From Azolla caroliniana (lineage: Eukaryota > Plantae > Polypodiophyta), in contig JBHGNT010000009.1 of the NCBI GenBank assembly GCA_043228905.1, positions 8,494,001 through 8,558,000 of the forward strand: a stretch of 64,000 nucleotides of DNA, given 5' to 3'. The stretch's first letter is position 1, and every line of letters begins with the position of its first letter. A program made the translations under genes and the position numbers. Positions 60,075-64,000 of this stretch are shown here, in pieces. Below the pieces are notes generated by a model. That model searched no databases and was not told the DNA's origin. It saw only the letters and a program-made list of their open reading frames with translations.

Positions 60075-63000
60075 TGTTGGAGACAAGGTCGTCTATGCGG
60101 AAGATCAAGAAGCATTCGATTCTGTTCTATACCTGCGTATGACAGTCTCTCGTTCGTTGCACAGAGAGAGAGAAATAGAGAGAGAGAGAGAGAGAGGCAC
60201 AAAAGACTTTCTATTCAATAGAAACAATAATACAACACCCAACCTCACAAAAAGGTTACAAGGTCACTATATATAGTGACCGACTTAGGGCAACTACCCT
60301 TTATGCTAATTACACAAATGGCCCAAACTTGAGCTATACAAAGGGATAGTGTGAATACGTCCATTATACACTTGTATTCGACACTCCCCCGTAATGGGCG
60401 TATACATGGGTCATCTAAGATTACAGGTATAAACCTAGGTTCTCGGACATATCAGTTTTTGTTCGAGTCGGCAGGGTCCGAAGGCAGAAGACCGAACTGG
60501 TCGGGTCGGAAGAGTTGAAGCCGATCATTAAGGAACTGATGTCGGTTGTCGGAGACCATCCTGCGCTGTGTCCGGCTCTAACCGGACTGGTTTGTCGTTA
60601 CGCCCATCTGATGCCGAAGAGACCGAAAACGGTCTGCCGAAAGACACTTGGTCATTCCATCTGCGACATTGTCGGTTGTGGATATTTTCTTTAGACCGAT
60701 TTTCCCTGAAATGACGCAGTCTCGAACGAAGTGATATCGAACGTCGATATGTTTGGAGGCGTTGTGGTGAACCGGATTTTTCGACAAGGCAACAACACCT
60801 TGACTGTCGCTGTAGACAACTGGAGCCGAGTCATGGTCGACTTGTCGAAACGTGTGCGCCAGTCGACCGAGCCACAAAGCTTCTTTTGCTGCGTCGGACG
60901 CAGCTACATATTCTGCTTCGGTCGTTGAGGTCGCTGTGCACTCCTGAAGTTTCGACTTCCACGAGATTGCTCCATTGCCGAATTTGAAGCAGTATCCGGT
61001 TGTTGATTTTCGACTGTCTATACAGCCGGCGAAATCCGAGTCGGTGTAACCGACTACGCCTGAGGTTCGGTTCGGACCGAAAAGAATGCCGTGGTCTTTT
61101 GTGCCAGCCAGATATCTGAACACATGCTTGACTGCGTTCCAATGCGATCGGCCAGGATTGTGCATAAATCTGCTAACGACTCCTACGGCATGAGAGATAT
61201 CAGGCCGTGTTGCGACCATCAGGTACATAAGGGAGCCGACTGCCGGTGCATACGGTACCGACTTCATATCTTCCCCCTCCGGACCGGATGTCGGGCAGTC
61301 TCGCTGAGAGAGCCGAAGATTCATGGGGAGCGGGGTTGAAGCAGATTTGGCTGATTGCATGTTGAAGCGTTCCAAGACACGTCCGATATAGTCGGTCTGA
61401 GACAAAAAAAGATGTCGTTTATCGCGATGCCGACTAATCTTCATGCCAAGGATGTGTCGTGCCGGACCGAGGTCCTTCATGGCAAACTTCAACCGCAGTT
61501 GCCGAATGAGATCGGCAAGTTCGCCCGCGTGGCGTCCAGAAATTAGCATGTCGTCCACGTAGATGATGAGGAAGATGGGTGATCCATCTTGAGCTGTGTT
61601 GGTAAAAAGACAATGGTCCTCATCGCTTTTTGAGAAGCCGATCGATTGGATGAAGTCGTCGAACTTCTTGTACCATTGTCGCGGTGCCTGTTTGAGGCCG
61701 TATAGACTCTTCCTGAGTCGGCAGACTAGATGTTCTTGGCCAGTTGCCATGAAGCCTTTTGGCTGCTCCATATAAATTTCCTCGTCAAGATCACCATGGA
61801 GGAAGGTTGTTTTGACATCTAGCTGAATCAGCTCCAAGTTGTCGGCTGCCACTACGCCGAGTAGAAAACGAAGGGTTGTCATTTTCACCACTGGTGAAAA
61901 AATCTCGTCGAAGTCGACGCCATATTCTTGTCGGAAGCCCTTCGCAACTAATCTGGCCTTGTACTTTGGGGTGGTCGAATCAGACGTCTCTTTTAGTCGA
62001 TAAACCCACTTGCAAGGAAGAGCACGTCGGTTCCTAGGTAATTCGACCAGATCCCAAGTCTTGTTTGCCCGAATGGAGTGCATTTCCGACTCCATCGCCA
62101 GATGCCAGGTGGCTGAATCGACAGATGTCGATGCTTCTTCGTAAGACGTCGGTTCGCCGGCGTCGGTGAAGAAAATTCCAGGAGAATACCTCTCCGGAGG
62201 TTGCGACAGTCTCTCGGATCGTCGAGGTATGATTGCACTAGTCGCATCGGGTATCGGTGTCGGATGGTCCGAAAGCGAATTATTCTGCTGTGCCGAGTCG
62301 GAGTTGTCCGAGTCGGGAGTGTAAGGTTCAGCTACCCGTGAAGCTGACCGTGTGTTAAGAGCGGGGCCTTCTTGAAGGGTCGGCACATCGGAAAATGTTA
62401 CCCTTCGGACTTCGGTCGGTTTTTCGACTGATGGATTCATAGCCGACTCGTTGAACACAACGTCCGAACTTCGAACGATTTGTCTGCGTTCGGGGTCCCA
62501 GAGTCGGTATCCCATTTCGCCGTCTGATCCATATCCAAGGAAAACGCATTTCCTGGACCGAGGTGCAAGTTTTCGGCGATCATCTTTCGGAATAAGGGCG
62601 TACGCCTCGCATCCGAAGATCCTCAGCTTGTCGTAATTCGGCTTACTGCCGATCCATAGTTCCTGAGGAATTTGAAGTCCTAGAGGTCTACTTGGCGACA
62701 TATTGATTATGTGTACTGCCGTGAGTAGAGCCTCTGCCCAGAAGCCATCCGACAGTCCGGAGTGTTGGAGCATGGAAACTATCCGTTCTTGGATTGTCCG
62801 ATTCATGCGTTCGGCAATCCCGTTTTGCTCCGGACTGTGTGGTGCCGTAAATTCACGTCGGATGCCGCGTTGTCGGCAGAATTTGACGAATTCTTCGGAT
62901 TTGAACTCTCCCCCATTGTCGGTCCGAAAGCATTTCAGTTTTCGGCCGGTTTGATTTTCTACCATAGCGAGCCAATCGGAGAAGATCGAGAAGACACGAT

Positions 63001-64000
63001 CTTTGGTGCGAATTGGATAAGCCCACACCTTTCGAGTCGAATCGTCAATAAAACTGACGAAGTAAGAGGCACCGCCAAGAGACTGATGCGGCATTGGGCC
63101 ACAGACGTCCGAGTGGACTAAGTCGAGAGGTCTCGTTTCTCTTGGTGCTGATGTCGGGTGTGATGCGGCTGCTTGTTTGCCATACTGGCAATGCTCGCAG
63201 AATTGATGCTCCGAGAAGGAGAGTTTGGGGATGTACCCGGCTCTAGATAGGTGCGTGATGCCGGCCTTGCTGAGGTGTCCTAATCTTCTGTGCCATAGTG
63301 ATGACACAGGAATATCCACCAAAAACAGGTTACCCTCTCTGAGCGTAACATGTAACGGATACAGTGAGTGTATCTTGGGTCCTCTAGCAAGCAGGAGGTT
63401 CCCCCTGTGGAGTGTCCACCCTCCCGAAGAAAAACCGGCACGAATGCCGTCTTCATCTAGTTGTCCGACTGAGATCAATGGCCTTGAGAGCTCGGGTACA
63501 TGTCGGACATTGTGAAGTACAAGTGTAGAGCCACCTGCAAGGTTGAGCTCTACTGTGCCGATTCCGATGATGTCACAGTGTTGCGAGTTACCGACTCGAA
63601 CTGAGTCGGAGTGACGGATCGTATATTGCCGGAATTGGGATCGATGAGGAGTCACGTGAAATGACGCGCCCGAATCTAAGAGCCATGTGCTCGATTCTTC
63701 AGTCGTGAGCAGAACTTCTGATCCGACTGGATTTTCGATTGATAGTATATTCGGGTTGTTTGGTAGTACATCAGCTGAGAAGCTGACGTAATTGATCTCC
63801 TCATGCCGGCCACTCTTCTTGTCTGATCTCTGAGACTTGTCGTTCTTGTTCTTGAGTGCGCGGCAGTCGGCTTTGATGTGTCCGGGTTTCTTGCAATAGT
63901 TGCAGATTCGGTTATCCCGTGACTGGCTCCGTCTTCGCTGATTGTTCGGCGGCCGTGAGGAATCTCTTCCTCGTATGTTCGATCGGTCTGTCGAACCTTG
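60075..64000 (-). mobile_element. Ty1/copia (Tnt1-like) element with 3' LTR 60075-60383; continues beyond the window
   Basis: LTR TGTTGG...TTCGACA (309 bp), minus-strand PPT GGGGGGAG at ~60384-60391, uninterrupted polyprotein. Confidence 0.95.
60578..64000 (-). CDS. Copia gag-pol polyprotein (5'-partial), apparently intact
   Basis: CNYCKKPGHIKADC knuckle, LDSGASFH protease, integrase (HSDVCGP, RTDNGGEF, NGIAERMNRT), RT (IYVDD), RNase H (YTDSDFAG, SKHIDVRYH) in one open frame. Confidence 0.95.
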   Translation of the reverse strand, partial: QGSTDRSNIRGRDSSRPPNNQRRRSQSRDNRICNYCKKPGHIKADCRALKNKNDKSQRSDKKSGRHEEINYVSFSADVLPNNPNILSIENPVGSEVLLTTEESSTWLLDSGASFHVTPHRSQFRQYTIRHSDSVRVGNSQHCDIIGIGTVELNLAGGSTLVLHNVRHVPELSRPLISVGQLDEDGIRAGFSSGGWTLHRGNLLLARGPKIHSLYPLHVTLREGNLFLVDIPVSSLWHRRLGHLSKAGITHLSRAGYIPKLSFSEHQFCEHCQYGKQAAASHPTSAPRETRPLDLVHSDVCGPMPHQSLGGASYFVSFIDDSTRKVWAYPIRTKDRVFSIFSDWLAMVENQTGRKLKCFRTDNGGEFKSEEFVKFCRQRGIRREFTAPHSPEQNGIAERMNRTIQERIVSMLQHSGLSDGFWAEALLTAVHIINMSPSRPLGLQIPQELWIGSKPNYDKLRIFGCEAYALIPKDDRRKLAPRSRKCVFLGYGSDGEMGYRLWDPERRQIVRSSDVVFNESAMNPSVEKPTEVRRVTFSDVPTLQEGPALNTRSASRVAEPYTPDSDNSDSAQQNNSLSDHPTPIPDATSAIIPRRSERLSQPPERYSPGIFFTDAGEPTSYEEASTSVDSATWHLAMESEMHSIRANKTWDLVELPRNRRALPCKWVYRLKETSDSTTPKYKARLVAKGFRQEYGVDFDEIFSPVVKMTTLRFLLGVVAADNLELIQLDVKTTFLHGDLDEEIYMEQPKGFMATGQEHLVCRLRKSLYGLKQAPRQWYKKFDDFIQSIGFSKSDEDHCLFTNTAQDGSPIFLIIYVDDMLISGRHAGELADLIRQLRLKFAMKDLGPARHILGMKISRHRDKRHLFLSQTDYIGRVLERFNMQSAKSASTPLPMNLRLSQRDCPTSGPEGEDMKSVPYAPAVGSLMYLMVATRPDISHAVGVVSRFMHNPGRSHWNAVKHVFRYLAGTKDHGILFGPNRTSGVVGYTDSDFAGCIDSRKSTTGYCFKFGNGAISWKSKLQECTATSTTEAEYVAASDAAKEALWLGRLAHTFRQVDHDSAPVVYSDSQGVVALSKNPVHHNASKHIDVRYHFVRDCVISGKIGLKKISTTDNVADGMTKCLSADRFRSLRHQMGVTTNQSG

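Overview
Eukaryotic, repeat-dominated land-plant DNA (a seed-free plant such as a fern is my inference from the TE families). It holds one clear host gene, a 6-exon SPATULA/PIF-type bHLH transcription factor (47590-50429, minus), among nested retroelements: decayed tRNA-Trp-primed Ty3/gypsy elements, three Ty1/copia elements, solo LTRs with TSDs, a chromovirus relic and three L1-type LINEs. The main result is an apparently complete 11.8-kb cut-and-paste DNA transposon (28444-40242; 25-bp TIRs, CTTA TSD, 5'-GGG ends). It encodes a spliced ~849-aa Sola2-like DDD transposase and, convergently, a 5-exon RING-finger protein gene plus an FCP1/NIF-like phosphatase-fold ORF. Its two long introns are filled with arrays of a perfect 14-bp palindrome that also sits next to both TIRs. 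Second, an LTR-element family seen twice in the window has a tRNA-matching motif where the polypurine tract should be, so the two-LTR copy has PBS-like motifs inside both LTRs. Third, a gypsy LTR shared by two tandem elements carries a tRNA-like three-hairpin segment. All domain calls are from motif recognition by eye; no database searches were run.
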